Source: the human T2T-CHM13v2.0 reference genome, Homo sapiens
Direction: 5' to 3' (one strand)
Assembly: GCF_009914755.1 (NCBI RefSeq)
Contig: NC_060929.1
DNA length: 64,000 nt
Part shown: positions 1 through 16,528 of the stretch, one piece after another
Layout of the letters: every line of letters begins with the position of its first letter
Numbering within the stretch: position 1 is the stretch's first letter
Translations under genes and position numbers: made by a program
Notes under the pieces: model-generated
Told to the model about the DNA's origin: nothing
What the model saw: only the letters and a program-made list of their open reading frames with translations
Database searches by the model: none

Positions 1-377
1 TTTACTTTAATCTTTTTTGTATATTCATAAACCAATCAGAATGCACTCCCTATTCTGAGTCCATAAAAGGCCCCAGACCCAGCTATACAAGGAAACTTTC
101 CCACTTTCAGTTAGGGGGACCAAACCCATGTCTGCTCTCAGCTGAAATCCATTTTCATTGCTCAATAAAATTCTTCTCCACCCTCATCACCCTTCAATGT
201 CCAGCATAACCTCATTCTTCTTGGGCAGGGTACAAGAGCTTGGGAACTGCCAAACATGGGTACAATTTATAACACCTGTGAGGTGGGGCATGCCAGCATG
301 GCCGAGTGAACCCTGGGGCATTGCTGGCCAGGGTTCCCTGGCTTGCAATGTGACCAAGAAGAAAAAATCCTACATCA
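1..377 (+). mobile_element. 3' part of an ERV1-class LTR (MER50/MER51-like), truncated by the window start
   Basis: CCAAT and CATAAAA boxes, AATAAA at about 164, U5-type sequence (cctcattcttcttgggc...caagag) and an end at ...aaaatcctacatCA (377). Confidence 0.7.
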
Positions 378-610
378 GTACCATGTCTTCTAAGTGGAGA
401 GAACTAAGGAATATGTGTACATATGCACACATATATGCATGTATACCTATATTTCATTCTATTTCTATTTTTATATATTGAAAAACCAGTAGTGCACTGA
501 TACCTTTGATTCTAGACCAACATCACAGGGTTAAATATAATTTTATCCCTTTTTATATCTGTGATTTTGTTTTCTGACAGTGAGGAATTTGTGTGTTTAT
601 ATGTATTTAT
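378..610 (-). mobile_element. Old L1M (L1MC/MD-like) 3' UTR fragment
   Basis: cactgatacctttgattctagaccaacatcacaggg...tctgacagtgagg resembles L1MC/MD 3' UTR sequence as I recall it. Confidence 0.45.
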
Positions 611-1705
611 TTCATCTTTCTGCCTGTATATAACCTGTCTCCCATGCACATGTCCACCTCATTCTACTTGGCTCTGACATCCTTCTGTTTGGGGATGCCC
701 TCTTTCCCCTACTCATGGTTAACCCTCTGTACTTCTCTGTGTCACTGAGCCTGTCAACCTCACCTGGGCCCTGAAACTTTCCAGGACAATTTTCCACTCC
801 GTATAGATTCCTTCCTCATTCCATCTGGGTTTTGATTCTCTACATTTGGCCTCTGCCTTCCACTCCCATCATGGGTACATCCACCTTGCTCTAAGCTACC
901 TAAGTGCTTTAGTGCTGAATTTTTCTTGAAGGGAAAGGGATAAGTGTAGAGGAAGCTCCAGAGAGGGCTTTTGCTAGAAGAAATAGATGTGAGTGTTGTT
1001 AGTATATAGAATGTTTACGGTTGAAATCATTCACTTCTTATAGCTTGTGATCACATCTCCTCCCCCATATGGTCATTAACACCCTGGTCCTCACAACCTC
1101 AGGGCCTGTAGCTGGTTAGAAACACCCATGAACGTGCAAAGTCTCAGCTGTAGTTTTATTTCTTTCTTCTCTCTAACACCTGGGGATATCCCTTTTTTCA
1201 TTTTGTATTTGGACGTGTATTTACAATTTTTGGTTATATTGTATCCAGCCTGTCTATGTGTTTATAATGAGAAAAATGATGATTTGTACCAGTTTATTCC
1301 ACCATGTTGCCCAGACATCCCTTTGACACAGTTTTTAAACATTTTTCTGTCAGATTTATGTGATCACTTTCTGAACTAAATCAAAGGAAAGTAGCAGATG
1401 ATGACAGATGTTTCTATTTAGTATTTATTTATCAAAAATATTTCCAGCAGGTACTATATTTAGTTCAGTTGTCAGAAAAGTAATTTAGCTTGAAGCATTT
1501 CCTCTTAAAATGTAACAACACAGTGTATTATATTAATGGCATGTCTCTCATTATAGTTTATGAATCAGATGAGATAAAATGAAGTATTGAAATAACAGGA
1601 GGGCCTCACCTCCATGTTCAGGCTTTTCCCCAGGCAATGTCACCATGGACAAGAAGAACCAGAGAGAAGAGAAACCTGAATTCTTAAGGTTTAAGTTTCA
1701 GAATC

Positions 1706-2144
1706 TGTGGTGTAAATTTGAGGGAGACAGAGAAGCTATTATATTCTATGATGGCTGCAAATTCCTCCTGATAGAAAGGAGTGAAATCTCTCTGTGACTG
1801 AATTTTTGAGAGGTGAGAGCCACTAAAGTGGTTGTTGAGTCAGAGTGAGAGTCCATCCTCTTCATGAGCAAGCACCATCCTTCACCAGTGTGAGCAATGT
1901 GGTGGCCAATTAGATCTTCCATTCACGTGACTACTGAACTAAATAGACGGCTGATTAAGGAGTCTACTTAGTTCTAAGTAGTAGTTAGGAGTTCTCCACC
2001 TGGCCTTCCTGATGCTATGTTGTGAGGAAAACATCAACTCCTCTTTCAGTGATGCAGGACCACTAACAGACTGGCTTTCACTATCCCACCAAAGAAGTGG
2101 AGCCATGTCTCCTGCATGCATGTTTCTTTAGTTAATACACTACA
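1706..2144. mobile_element. Possible ancient solo LTR
   Basis: 439-bp GC-richer block bounded by TGTGGTGTA...TACACTACA (near-inverted TG..CA ends); no TSD visible. Confidence 0.35.
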
Positions 2145-2889
2145 CAAGGCAGCCACATCTAAGGATGCACAGTGCACCTGGGAGATTCCTTTATTAGTTG
2201 GAATATGTTGGCACTTTTGCTATAACTTTGTTGTCTCCACATATAAATTATTTGTATATTTTGTAATGATGATAGCAAAGCAGATACCATAGAGCATGTT
2301 ATTCCAGCAAACTCAGTGTATTATAATAATTTTCTGACAAATGAAAATAAAGTATCTTTTTCTAACAGTGTTGTTATTTGTTTTCTTCTGAAAGAACACT
2401 CAATAAGTGAAAGACCTTTTTGATATAATATCTAAATAATGAGGTTTTCTTGCTTTTCCCACTGATGTTATGATTGATTAGTATCTTAAAATAAAATAAA
2501 AAGTAGAAAACCTGTTTCGTATTAATGTCATGGCTAATTTGATATTTTATATTTTAGTTTATATTATTGCCATTTTTTACTAAGTTCCCAATTTAAATTC
2601 ATAAGTACCTTCATTATGACATGACTCACTTTGTAATAATCTATATAAACTTACCATTAATTATCCACAAAGTAGGTACTAGACAGATAAATACACTAAT
2701 AATTTAAAGATGATACTTATGTAGCTATACAAATTGCTTTTTAATAAGGCATATTTCATCAGTATAAAAATTAAATGTATTATAATTCAGTGGTTTGACA
2801 TATGTTTTATTTTTAAAAGCTGCAAGTTCTAAGATAAAATGTTAACTTTTTGAAAAATTATGTTTATAATATTAAAAGAATATTATGGC

Positions 2890-3032
2890 CTTTCCGTGTG
2901 GTCCACAGATCAACAGCATTGGTATCCTGGGAACTTGTTAGAAATGCAGACTCTCAGGCCCTAAAACATAAACTGCATTTTAAAGACATACCATGTGGTT
3001 TGCATGCACATTAATATTTGAAGAGCACGGTT
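2890..3032. mobile_element. MER5-type hAT-Charlie DNA transposon
   Basis: gtgtggtcc...cagcat...ggaacttgttagaaatgcagactctcaggccc...tgcacattaatatttgaagagcac. Confidence 0.75.
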
Positions 3033-3333
3033 CTAGACGACATATGTAATTTGGAGAATTATATGAAAATTATACATACAACTACGTAAAAATTTACATT
3101 TGACACTTGACAGTGTAATAACAATAAACATAGCCATGGAGTATGATATTGAATGGACATCAACATATAAGGAATTGTAAAACTTGCAGTTGTTTTCTAA
3201 AATGTGGTATGACTTCTGTTGAAATATTGCAGCATATTCACAGTAATAATTTAAGACATATTTCTAAATACTTTTGTAGTTTTTAGTATTTGTTTCTTTT
3301 CCGATATTGGTTCTCACTGAAGAATGTTGCATC

Positions 3334-3475
3334 TTAAAACTTTAAACTATTAAAAAATTAATAATTAATTTTTTAATATTTTAAACTATTAAAAATATTT
3401 AAACTATTAAAATTTTAATATTAAAATTTTAAACTATTAAAAATATTTAAACTATTAAAAAATTAAAAAATTAAA
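3334..3475. repeat. AT-only minisatellite (tttaaactattaaaa units) with perfect palindromes
   Basis: About 5 copies of tttaaactattaaaa; inverted repeats at 3348-3378 and 3407-3432. Confidence 0.85.
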
Positions 3476-3833
3476 GTCAATAATATCTAATAAAAGGTTT
3501 CTGTCTAGTCATTATTTTTTTAATACTTAAGTTCTGGGATACATGTGCAGAATGTGCAGGTTTGTTACATAGGTATACATGTGCCATGGTGATTTGCTGC
3601 ACCCATCAACCTGTCATCAACATTAGGTATTTCTCCTAATGCCATCCTCCCCTTGGCCCCCACCCCCAGACAGGACCCAGGGTGTGATGTTCCCCTCCCT
3701 GTGCCCATATGTTCTCATTGTTCAACTCCCACTTATAAGTGAGAACATGCGGTGTTTGGTTTTCTGTTCCTGTGTTAATTTGCTGAGAATGATGGTTTCC
3801 AGCTTCATCCATGTCTCTGCAAAGGACATGAAC

Positions 3834-7430
<3,597 letters not shown>

Positions 7431-8500
7431 TTTCTTCTGCTTGATCAATTCAGCAATTGATACTTATGTATGCTTTGCAAAGTTCTCTTGCTGTGTTTTT
7501 CAGTTCCATCAGGTCATTTATGTTCTTCTCTAAACTTGTTATTCTAGTTGGCAGTTCCTGTAACCTTTTATCAAGGTACTTAGCTTCCTTGCATTGGGTT
7601 AGAACATGCTCCTTTAGCTCAGAGGAGTTTGTTATTATCCACCTTCAGAAGCCTACTTCTGTCATTTCATCAAACTTATTCTCTGTCCAGTCTTGTTCCC
7701 TTGTTGGTGAGAAGTTGTGGTCCTTTGCAGAAGAAGCATTCTGGTTTTTGGAATTTTCGCCTTTTTGTGCTAGTTTTTCCTGAGCTTTGTTGATTTGTCT
7801 ACCTTTGGTCTTTGATGTTGGTGACCTTCGGATGGGGTTTTTGATTGGTCATTTTTTTTGTTGATGTTGATGCTGTTGCTTCCTGCTTGTTAGTTTTCCT
7901 TCTAACAGTCAGGCTCCTCTTCCGCAGGTCAGCTGGAGTTTGCTGGGGGTCTACTCCAGACCCTGTTTTCCTGGGTCCTGTTTTCCTGCAGCTGAGGCTG
8001 CAGAACAGCAAAGATTGCTGACTGCTTCTCCCTCTGGAAGCCTCGTTCCAGAGGCTCACCTGTCAGATGCCAGCTGGAGCTCTCCTTTATGAGATGTTTG
8101 TCGACCCCTGTTGGGAGATGTCTCCCTGTCAGGAGGCTTGGGGGTCAGGGACCCACTTAGTGGGGCAGTCTGTCCTTTAGCAGAGCTTGAGCACTGTGCT
8201 GGGAGGTTCGCTGTTCTCTTCAGAGCCAGCAGACAGGAACGTTTAAGTCCGCTGAAGTTGTGTCCACAACCGCCCCTTCCCCCAGGTGCTGTGTCCCAGG
8301 GAGATGGGAGTTTGATGTATAAGCCCCTGACTGGGTCAGCTGCCTTTCTTTCAGAGATGCCCTGCCCACAGAGGAGGAATCTAGAGAGGCAGTCTGGCTA
8401 CAGAGGCTTTGTGGCCCTGAGGTGGGCTCTGCCTACTTTGAACTTCCCAGTGGCCTTTTTTTACACTGTGAGGGGAAAACTGTCTACTCAAGCCTCAGTA

Positions 8501-8680
8501 ATGGTGGACGCCCCTCCCCCGACCAAGTTTGAGTGTCCCAGGTCAACTTCAGACTGCTGTGCTGGCCCCGAGAATTTCAAGCCAGTGGATCATAGCTTGT
8601 TGGGCTCCATGGGGGTGGGATCCGCTGAGCAAGACCACTCGACACCCTGGCTTCAGCCCCCTTTCCAGGGGAGCGAATGA
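8501..8680 (+). CDS. L1 antisense ORF0 homologue, 59 aa (putative)
   Basis: MVDAPPPTKFECPRSTSDCCAG...GSMGVGSAE aligns with L1HS ORF0 (MAGAPPP...SDCCAS...SVGVGPSE); Kozak context gtaATGg; lies antisense in the 5' UTR. Translation is not shown. Confidence 0.5.
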   Translation: MVDAPPPTKFECPRSTSDCCAGPENFKPVDHSLLGSMGVGSAEQDHSTPWLQPPFQGSE

Positions 8681-10769
8681 TTCTGGCGTTCAAGGCACCA
8701 CTGGGGTATGAAAAAAAAAAAACTCCTGCAACTAGCTCAGTGTCTGCCCAAATGGCCGTCCAGTTTTGTGCTTGAAACCCAGGGCCCTGGTGGTGTAGGC
8801 ACCTGAGGGAATCTCCTGGTCTGCAGGTTGCAAAGACAGTGGGAAAAGCATAGTATCTGGGCTGGATAGCTTTGTCCCTCATGGCACATTCCCTCATGGC
8901 TTCCCTTGGCTAGGGGAGGGAATTCCCTGACGCTTTGTGCTTCTCGGGTGAGGCAATGCCCCCCCTTGCTTCTGCTTGCCCTCATGGGCTGCACCCACTG
9001 TCTAACCAACTCCAAATGAGATGAGCCAGGTACCTCAGTTGGAAATGCAGAAACCACCCACTTTCTGCGTTGGTCTTGCTGCGAGCTACAGACTAGAGCT
9101 CTTCTTATTTGGCCATCTTGCCCAGGAATCTCTAGTCATCTTTTCTATAAAAAGGGAGATACTGGAAGAAGCAAACATCAAAACAACCACAGAGAATTTT
9201 GTTTCCATGAAAACAAAAGAAATAAGTGTTTTATAACAAACTATTATATCCTAATGACTTGGTTCTTAATTCTCAATTTTCTTTTACCTTAAGTTCATTA
9301 TCTGATTTGTGTAATTTATATAAAATAAATTTGTTCTTTTTATTAATGTGAAAACAATAGTACACTCTTCTAAGAATCTCTACCTGAGGAAGGAATACTT
9401 TATTTTATATTTACCTGCAGATGCCATAAGCATTAACAATGGCCCTAGAAAACCAGTTAGTCATAGTTATGAAAAAAAAAAATCCCTGACATGGCTATGG
9501 CCAGATTAGACTCAGCTTGCAATCTCCTATTGGTCTTACATGTCATTTAATAACATTAATTTCATTCACTGGTTAACATGATGATGATGATGTTTTAGTG
9601 CTTTGGGACTGTTAATACAATTATTTCTAAGACAATTACTCTGCCTTTTTGTGATGTCTTGCCTTTCTGTGATTCACACTTACAAAAATAATTTTTTCTG
9701 AAATCAATTACATAAAACAAGATTCTAATTAATTTCTGCCATGACTTAGGTCTTTTTAATGTGGTATTTGTGTATGTGTTTTTGCTTTGTTTTTTGGTTT
9801 TATTTCAGAAACTTCGCTTCTGAGGTATTGGGTCATTTTTTTCTCCAAGTGCGTTTGAAAATCATGCTGCGTATTTTAATGTCAAGCTACACATTTTATA
9901 AAGGAGTGTGCATACAGCCTTTCTTACGCTAAGAAATATGAATAAAATGAGAAAAGGCTTTTTAAAAACCTTAATAAGTGGAGTGCAGATTTATCACAGG
10001 GGGAACCTGCTTCACTGGAATACAGCGATATATGTCCATTGGTCAGTTTCATTCACATGAGGCACACTCCATTACTTGCTGTGAGCAAGAAAAAGGTTAC
10101 CTGACCCAACTGAAGAGTATTAGCTTTTTTTTTCAGCTATGAAAAAATTGCTTTGCCACTTAGGTCAGCATCATGATATAAATCTTAATGAAAGTTTCTG
10201 AGATGTGAGAGTAAATCAAGCTGTTTGGCCACCTTGATGCTCTCCTAATCTGCCTCTTTCTTGCTTTATTTCCTTCAGTCAGGTTTAGAGACCACAGAAC
10301 TCAAGGCAGACCCATTTACAGAGCAATCACCACTCCAGCCAGCCATTCTGGCCCTTCCAGCACCCAAGGCTGAAGATAACTGAGATCCATGGATTAGTAC
10401 TGTCTTTTATGGAGTAAAATAAAAGAAATCCAAATTGTCCTTTCATTTCATTTGAGGAATTAAAAAACCCTGTCATTTATTTGGGAGCCTATGTCTCTAT
10501 TGCACAATGAATAATTGAGTGAGATTGTTATTATAAGACAACAGTTATCTGAATTATTTTAATGGATTAGTATGGAACACAAAGCTACTAAACAAACTAA
10601 TTTGATTATTTTCCCAATTTCTGTGATCTATATGGGCATAGTTATTGAATTAGACTGTGCTTTCTATTATAAAAATGAATTATTTTAAAATGCAATAAAG
10701 CACTCAAATAATCTAAGTGAAATTCAAATAACTTTAGAAAGAATACACTGTGATTGTTTGAAGTCATGT

Positions 10770-12600
10770 GTTCATTCACTCAATAATATATTTGACAACT
10801 ACTTACTAAATGCCCATTCAATTGGTATAAATGTGTCAAGTCTTTATTTTGGTCCCAGGGACATTGTGATGAACAAGACATACGAGATTCTTACTCTCAC
10901 AAATAGTATGTGACAATGGGAGGGGAGAAATAAGAAATAAACAAGACAATTTTACATAGTGGTAAATGCCATGAAAAAAATAAAACCAGATTATATGAAG
11001 GAATGACTTGTTGGGGGAACATTTAAAAATTTAATTGGATGGTCAGAGAAAGCCTCATTGGTTAAGGCATTCTTTCCAAAAAGCATCAACTTTAGGACTA
11101 TATAGGGTAAAGAATTCTGGGCAGAGGACTTATCAAGTGCAAAGCCTTTAAGATAAGAATTAACTTCAAGGAAGAATAATGGGATTGGTGTTCAGAAGAG
11201 AAGAGAGAAAGTTCTAGGAGATGAAGTTGGAGAGTATATTATGTAGAAGCTTTAGAAATGGCCTGGCTCCATACTATGAAATCAGTGCCAATTACTCCTA
11301 AGGCTGCTCTAGATAAAAAGCACAAGTGGTCAAAGTGAGGTGGAGAATGCTGCATAGACTAAAGTAAAGTACAGATGGTATTTGCTATGGACTGAATTGT
11401 ATCACTCTCAAATTCATCTGTAAAAGCTCTAACATCCCATGTGACTGTATTGGAGACAGGACCTTTAGGGAGGTGACTATGGTTAAATGGAATCACAACA
11501 GTGGAGCTCTGATTCAACAGAACTGGTGCCCTTATAGGAACAAGAAGAGATATCAAATATCTTCACCCTCCCACCCCTGAGGGAGGACACAGCAAGAAGG
11601 TGGTCATCTCTAAGCCAGAAAGAGAGCCCTCACTAGAACATAACCACGTAGATTTCAAACTCTAGTCTGAAGAACTGTGAAAAGGTAAACTTCTGTTGTG
11701 ACTCAGTCTGTGGTATTTTGTTATAGCAGCCTAAGCTGACTAATACTAATATTGAAAGCAGTGGACTAGGTAAAAGGGCTTGTGTAAATAGAGATGCATT
11801 TGTATAAATAGAGAAAATAAAAAGGCTGAATCCCAGAGTAATCAATATTTAGAGGTATGGAGAGAATTTGGGGCCAGAAAAAAAATTGTAGAAGATTTAA
11901 AAATCTAGAGAGTGTGATGTTGTAAAACTCAAGAAAGTTACAAGTAAGAGGGAGTAGTTGATTATGTGTAAGGCAGCTGAAGGATGACCTGAGGTAAGAA
12001 CTTGGAGACTATTTATAATGTGGCAATAGTAGAATCAATGGAACACTGGCAACATCCCCAAATGGGGCATGTTAAAGAAAGAACAATATGTTAGGAAGAA
12101 CAGCAATGACCACTGATAAATCTTTTCAGAATTGTTATGAAGGGAAGTAGAGAATAAGAAGACATCAGGAGAGGAGTAGGAGGGCAAACAAATTTTTTTT
12201 CAAAGATGAAGAAAAATTAAAAAAATATTTGTATGCTGATGGTAGAAGCTGACGATTAGAAGAAGGATGAGATAATTGCTAAGTGACTTCCTCTAGAAGA
12301 TGAAAGGAGATGGAGTCCACAACACAAGGGAAAGCCCAAACCTTGGGTAAAAGATAGGCCATAATTCCATCTATTTCATGAGGAGGGACAGCAGACAATA
12401 TTAAACAGATGCAGAAAGCCTAGTAGATTTGGTGGTGAGAAGATAAGACAGTTCCAATGTGAGCCTATTCTTAATGAAATATGAGGAAAGATAATATGTT
12501 GCAAGTCAAGAGGCAGAGTAGTTGGGGGAAAGTTGAATATTTAAGGAGAGAGGAAAAGTATGAAAGTCATTTTAGGAAGGGAGGGAGTACATTTACAAGG
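10770..12600 (-). mobile_element. L2 LINE remnant interrupted by MLT1A
   Basis: ttcattcactcaa tail, gtgatgaacaagaca, ggtcagagaaagcctc and a purine-rich body typical of antisense L2. Confidence 0.7.
11383..11746 (+). mobile_element. MLT1A-type MaLR solo LTR
   Basis: tgctatggactgaattgt...gtgactgtattggagacagg...tggtattttgttatagcagcctaagctgactaatac. Confidence 0.85.
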
Positions 12601-13159
12601 GAAGTTTGATGTTTAAGCATACTTGATGTCTTTTTGTAGGGTGTGGTTACACATTTATAGTAAGGGAAGTCACTATTGTTGTGTATTTTTCTCTAACTCT
12701 AATTAATTGCATGGGTACTTGTAAGCAGTGGACAGATAATTGAGTTAATATACAGTTCCATTTTACATTGAAAACACAACAGGGATAGTGCATCAAGGGA
12801 GTTGAGGGTGTTCTAAGGGAGTGTTGGATTATGGACCACAAAACAGATAAGGAAGGAAATCCAGGCATCAGGAAGATGTAAGGTAAATGACTTGGGGGTC
12901 TCAAGTATAGTTCAAGAAAGCCTTTCTGACATATAAATGTCTTAGTATTTGGCTAGAAAAATAATCATATATACAGGTATTTTACATAGCATTTTAAAAA
13001 TAGAAAACTTCATCTTCGATCTTAATACTACACACAAAGAGTTAAGAAGAGGAATGGCAATATAAAACGAGTGGGTCTAAATTAATTTATATTTAATTTT
13101 GAAATATCATCAGATAAGTGCAATCTTTTACAAGTATAGAGATATGTTTGGACATCAGA

Positions 13160-13255
13160 TAAATCGTCATTATAAAGATGAAGAAACTGAAATACACAGA
13201 AATCATATGCTGTTCTTAAGTTCATGCAGCAGATTTAAGACATCAGAACTATGAT
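13160..13255 (+). mobile_element. MIR fragment
   Basis: ataaagatgaagaaactgaaatacacaga matches the MIR core. Confidence 0.5.
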
Positions 13256-13304
13256 GAATTTTGTGCATCCTAACATATTATAAGACTATTTTTATATCTA
13301 TTTC

Positions 13305-14017
13305 TCTAATAGAAGTTTACTTTCTGCCCTAGGTGGGTGTTCTGATCAGCAGAGCAGCTCTTCCTCATACAGTAATTCAGGTCCTCAGGCTCCTTCCATC
13401 TGTGCCTTCGCCATAGCCTATGACCTCATTGTCATCTCCATTTAGCATGCAGGGGAACCACTGGAGGTTTTTATCTGACAGGCCTGCAAAATAGCACGTA
13501 TCACTTCTGCTCACATTCACTGAATAGAACTTGGTTACATGAATCCACTTACCTACAGGATAGGCTAGAAAATATAACCTTGCTATGTGCACAAAAGAGC
13601 AGAAGAAAGTTTTATATACAGTACAGCTAGCTGTCTCTCTGATAGCCCCTGGCTACCAAATACTTGTGCAGTCTTTCTCCTCACACAGTGAACACACGAT
13701 AAACTCTCCAAAGGGAAAGAACACAAGGTTTGTCCAGTTACATCATTATGCCAAAAGTTACGATCTCTGGGTATTTGTTCTCCATAAGATCCAGATATAC
13801 TTCTTCATGGTACAGCAACCAGTGAACTAAAAAATAGGTTTGTTACCTTTCCCAAACATACCCCCAATGCACAATGGTGGAACAGGGATAATCTAACTGC
13901 AATGAGGACTCAGACACAGGAGGACTAGGAAACAATGTCGGTGACTGGCACATACCTAGGATGGAATCCTGCTCACCAGGCATGATGACTATTTCACCTG
14001 GTAGTGGAGACACTTTC

Positions 14018-14056
<39 letters not shown>

Positions 14057-15691
14057 TTTGAGATGGAGTCTCGCTCTGTCGCCCAGGTTGGAGTGGAGAG
14101 GCGTGATCTCGGCTCACTGCAACCTTCGCACCCAACACCCCCCAGCCGAGTTCACGCCATTCTCCTGCCTCAGCCTCCCGAGTAGCTGGGACTACAGGCG
14201 CCGGCCACCACGCTTGGCTAATTTTTTGTATTTTTAGTAGAGACAGGGTTTCACCGTGTTAGCCGGGATGGTTTCAATCTCCTGACCTCGTGATCCGCCC
14301 TCCTGGGCCTCCCAAAGTGCTGGGATTACAGGCATGAGCCACCGCACCCAGCCCAAGACTTTCTTAAGTAGACACTGACTCTGCTTTCTGAAAGGGACTC
14401 TTCTGTCTCGTGTTCTCCTTGCCCCCTGGCTCTACATCTGAAAGACACTATTTTGATCATTGTTTTCCACGGCCATAATGGAGGTGGGTTTTGGAGAGTC
14501 TGACTCCAGTATAGGCTTGGAGGCTATTCAGCTTTCACAGCCTCCTTCCTGCCCATGAAATGTTGAGAACATAAGGGTTGTTTTAAGACTTAGGCATTCA
14601 AAGCCTTCCCATCTGCTTTTTTAGGTTCACAATATAATTCTGTCAAGAACTCACTAGACTTATGATCTATTTTCTTTCTTTGCTTATAACTATAACCTAC
14701 TTATATTCTCAAATCCACTTACTTATTTGCTTTCTTGCTACTAGCTCTCTCTCTTAACCAGTGGAGGCTATCTTGAGGTCATATGAAATAATACATGATA
14801 ATAATACTTAACAAAGAACTGAATCTTTTTGTATAACCAAGAAGAGTTAACAAGCTTCTAGTAGCCTAAAACGAAATCATTTCCCCAAATTTATCAATTA
14901 TACTTGGGCTCTGGAAGCTGAATTATTCAACCCTATAATTTTAATCTCTGCTCTGTCTCTATCCACTTTAATTTCTGCTTGAAACCATCCAATTTTGGCC
15001 TAATCTCATCTCTTTCTGGTAATCTTGCTAAATATGATCATTACTAACACACACTAAATAGTCTAATTTTTTCCAGTCTTTTCTGGGTTTTATTACAAAC
15101 TCCATGGACGTTTGTTCTGCTGTCCGACTTTTTGTAGGCAATGGTTTTACCAAATGTGTTGGCATGGCATGATCTCTAGTCTTCTAGTTTGCTGTATCTA
15201 TTTTCTTGCTGCTTGGCCCCTGCTGTAATTTTTGTCGCATTTCAAAGCTCTTAGCTGTGGCAGTACTTAATGTGGTGCCAATTTTTATATTAGCCAGAAT
15301 AGGTTAGGCCATGATAAAAACAGTTTAGTAAATTAGCTACTAGCAATAAGTTTATTTCTTGTGAGTATTCCAAGCAGATAGTTGTTGGGGTGGCTCTCCC
15401 ACATGAGGTCATTCAGGGACACAGGCTACTTTCATCACATGGCTCTCCCACCTCCTGTCACTTCCATCTACCTGGCCAAGAGAAGAGAACCTAAGGGAGT
15501 GCATCTGGTAGGTTTTTATGAGCCAGGCCTGGAAATAACACGCATCATGCCTGCTTATATTCTATTGGAAAAAGATAATCATTTTGCTACACCTAACTAC
15601 AAGAAGGCTGGAAAGTACAATCTTGGATTTTTTTTTTTTTTTAAAGAAAAAGAAGAGTAGATTTTGGTGGGCAGCTAAGAATTACTGCTAC
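13305..15691 (-). mobile_element. Ancient MLT1 (J/K/L-like) MaLR provirus, LTR-internal-LTR
   Basis: Two related LTR-like blocks (about 13305-13644 and 15286-15691) share cattcagg, ggtttttat...caggcctg and acttctgctcacatt/cctgcttatatt motifs and flank about 1.3 kb of internal sequence. Confidence 0.6.
14021..14354 (-). mobile_element. AluY with a (TTTA)n tail
   Basis: ttcacgccattctcc and tgacctcgtgatccgccc diagnostics; TSD actttctta at 14012-14020 and 14358-14366. Confidence 0.92.
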
Positions 15692-15974
15692 TTTACATAC
15701 TTACTGAATCCAAATTATGATATTGAAGTTTAGGATTCAGGTTTTTGACAATGTTTTCAAGTGATAAAATTTTCAAGTTAAAAATTAGGGTTGAAGATGA
15801 ATATATATTTAGAATTAGGAACAAATTATCAATTATAAAATGGTGACAACTACCAAAAAAAGTCACAAAACATAGCTAACATATATATCTTCTGTTTATG
15901 TATTACATATAAAATCTTCTGTTTATGATTTTACATCTCTGATTATATATGCATAATTAATTGCCTAATACAGC

Positions 15975-16371
15975 TATGGTAGGCTGCAATATGGTCCCCC
16001 CAAAATGTCCACATTCTAATCTTGGAACCTTCCTCCTATAAAAGTGTAATTACAAGGTTTTTATAGGAGGAAGGCATGAGGGTTAGAGATAAAAAGGAGA
16101 GATGTGAGGGTGGAAGCAGGGTCGAAGAGGAGACGGGCTGCTACTGCTGGTTTTGAAGATGGAGGAAGGGGACACAAACCAAGGAATAACTGCCTCTAGT
16201 AGCTGAAAAGGTCAAGAAAACACATTCTTCTCTAGCTTTTCCAGAGGAAGGCAGCCCTGAAGACCTATTTTAAACTTTTGACGTTCAGAACTCTAAGATA
16301 ATAAATTTGTGTTGTTGTAAGCCACTCAATTTTTAGTAATTTGGTAACAGCAGGAACAGGAAACTAATATG
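15975..16371 (+). mobile_element. MLT1D-type MaLR solo LTR
   Basis: tatggtaggctg...ttttgaagatggaggaagggg...aagataataaatttgtgttg...ggaaactaata. Confidence 0.85.
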
Positions 16372-16449
16372 ACACTTCTATAAAGATTTTTCGTATATTT
16401 TTTGACTACATACACTTTGGTAACATCTTGTAACAATGTTTTAACAATA

Positions 16450-16528
16450 TTTAAAAATATTTCATGTTTAAAAATATATTTATAAATATTTCATGTTTTA
16501 AAAATATTTATAAATATTTCATATTTTA
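16450..16528. repeat. About 3 copies of a 29-30-bp AT-rich unit (aaatatttcatgtttaaaaatatatttat)
   Basis: Visible tandem units, including the 18-bp palindrome aaatatttataaatattt (16502-16519). Confidence 0.75.
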
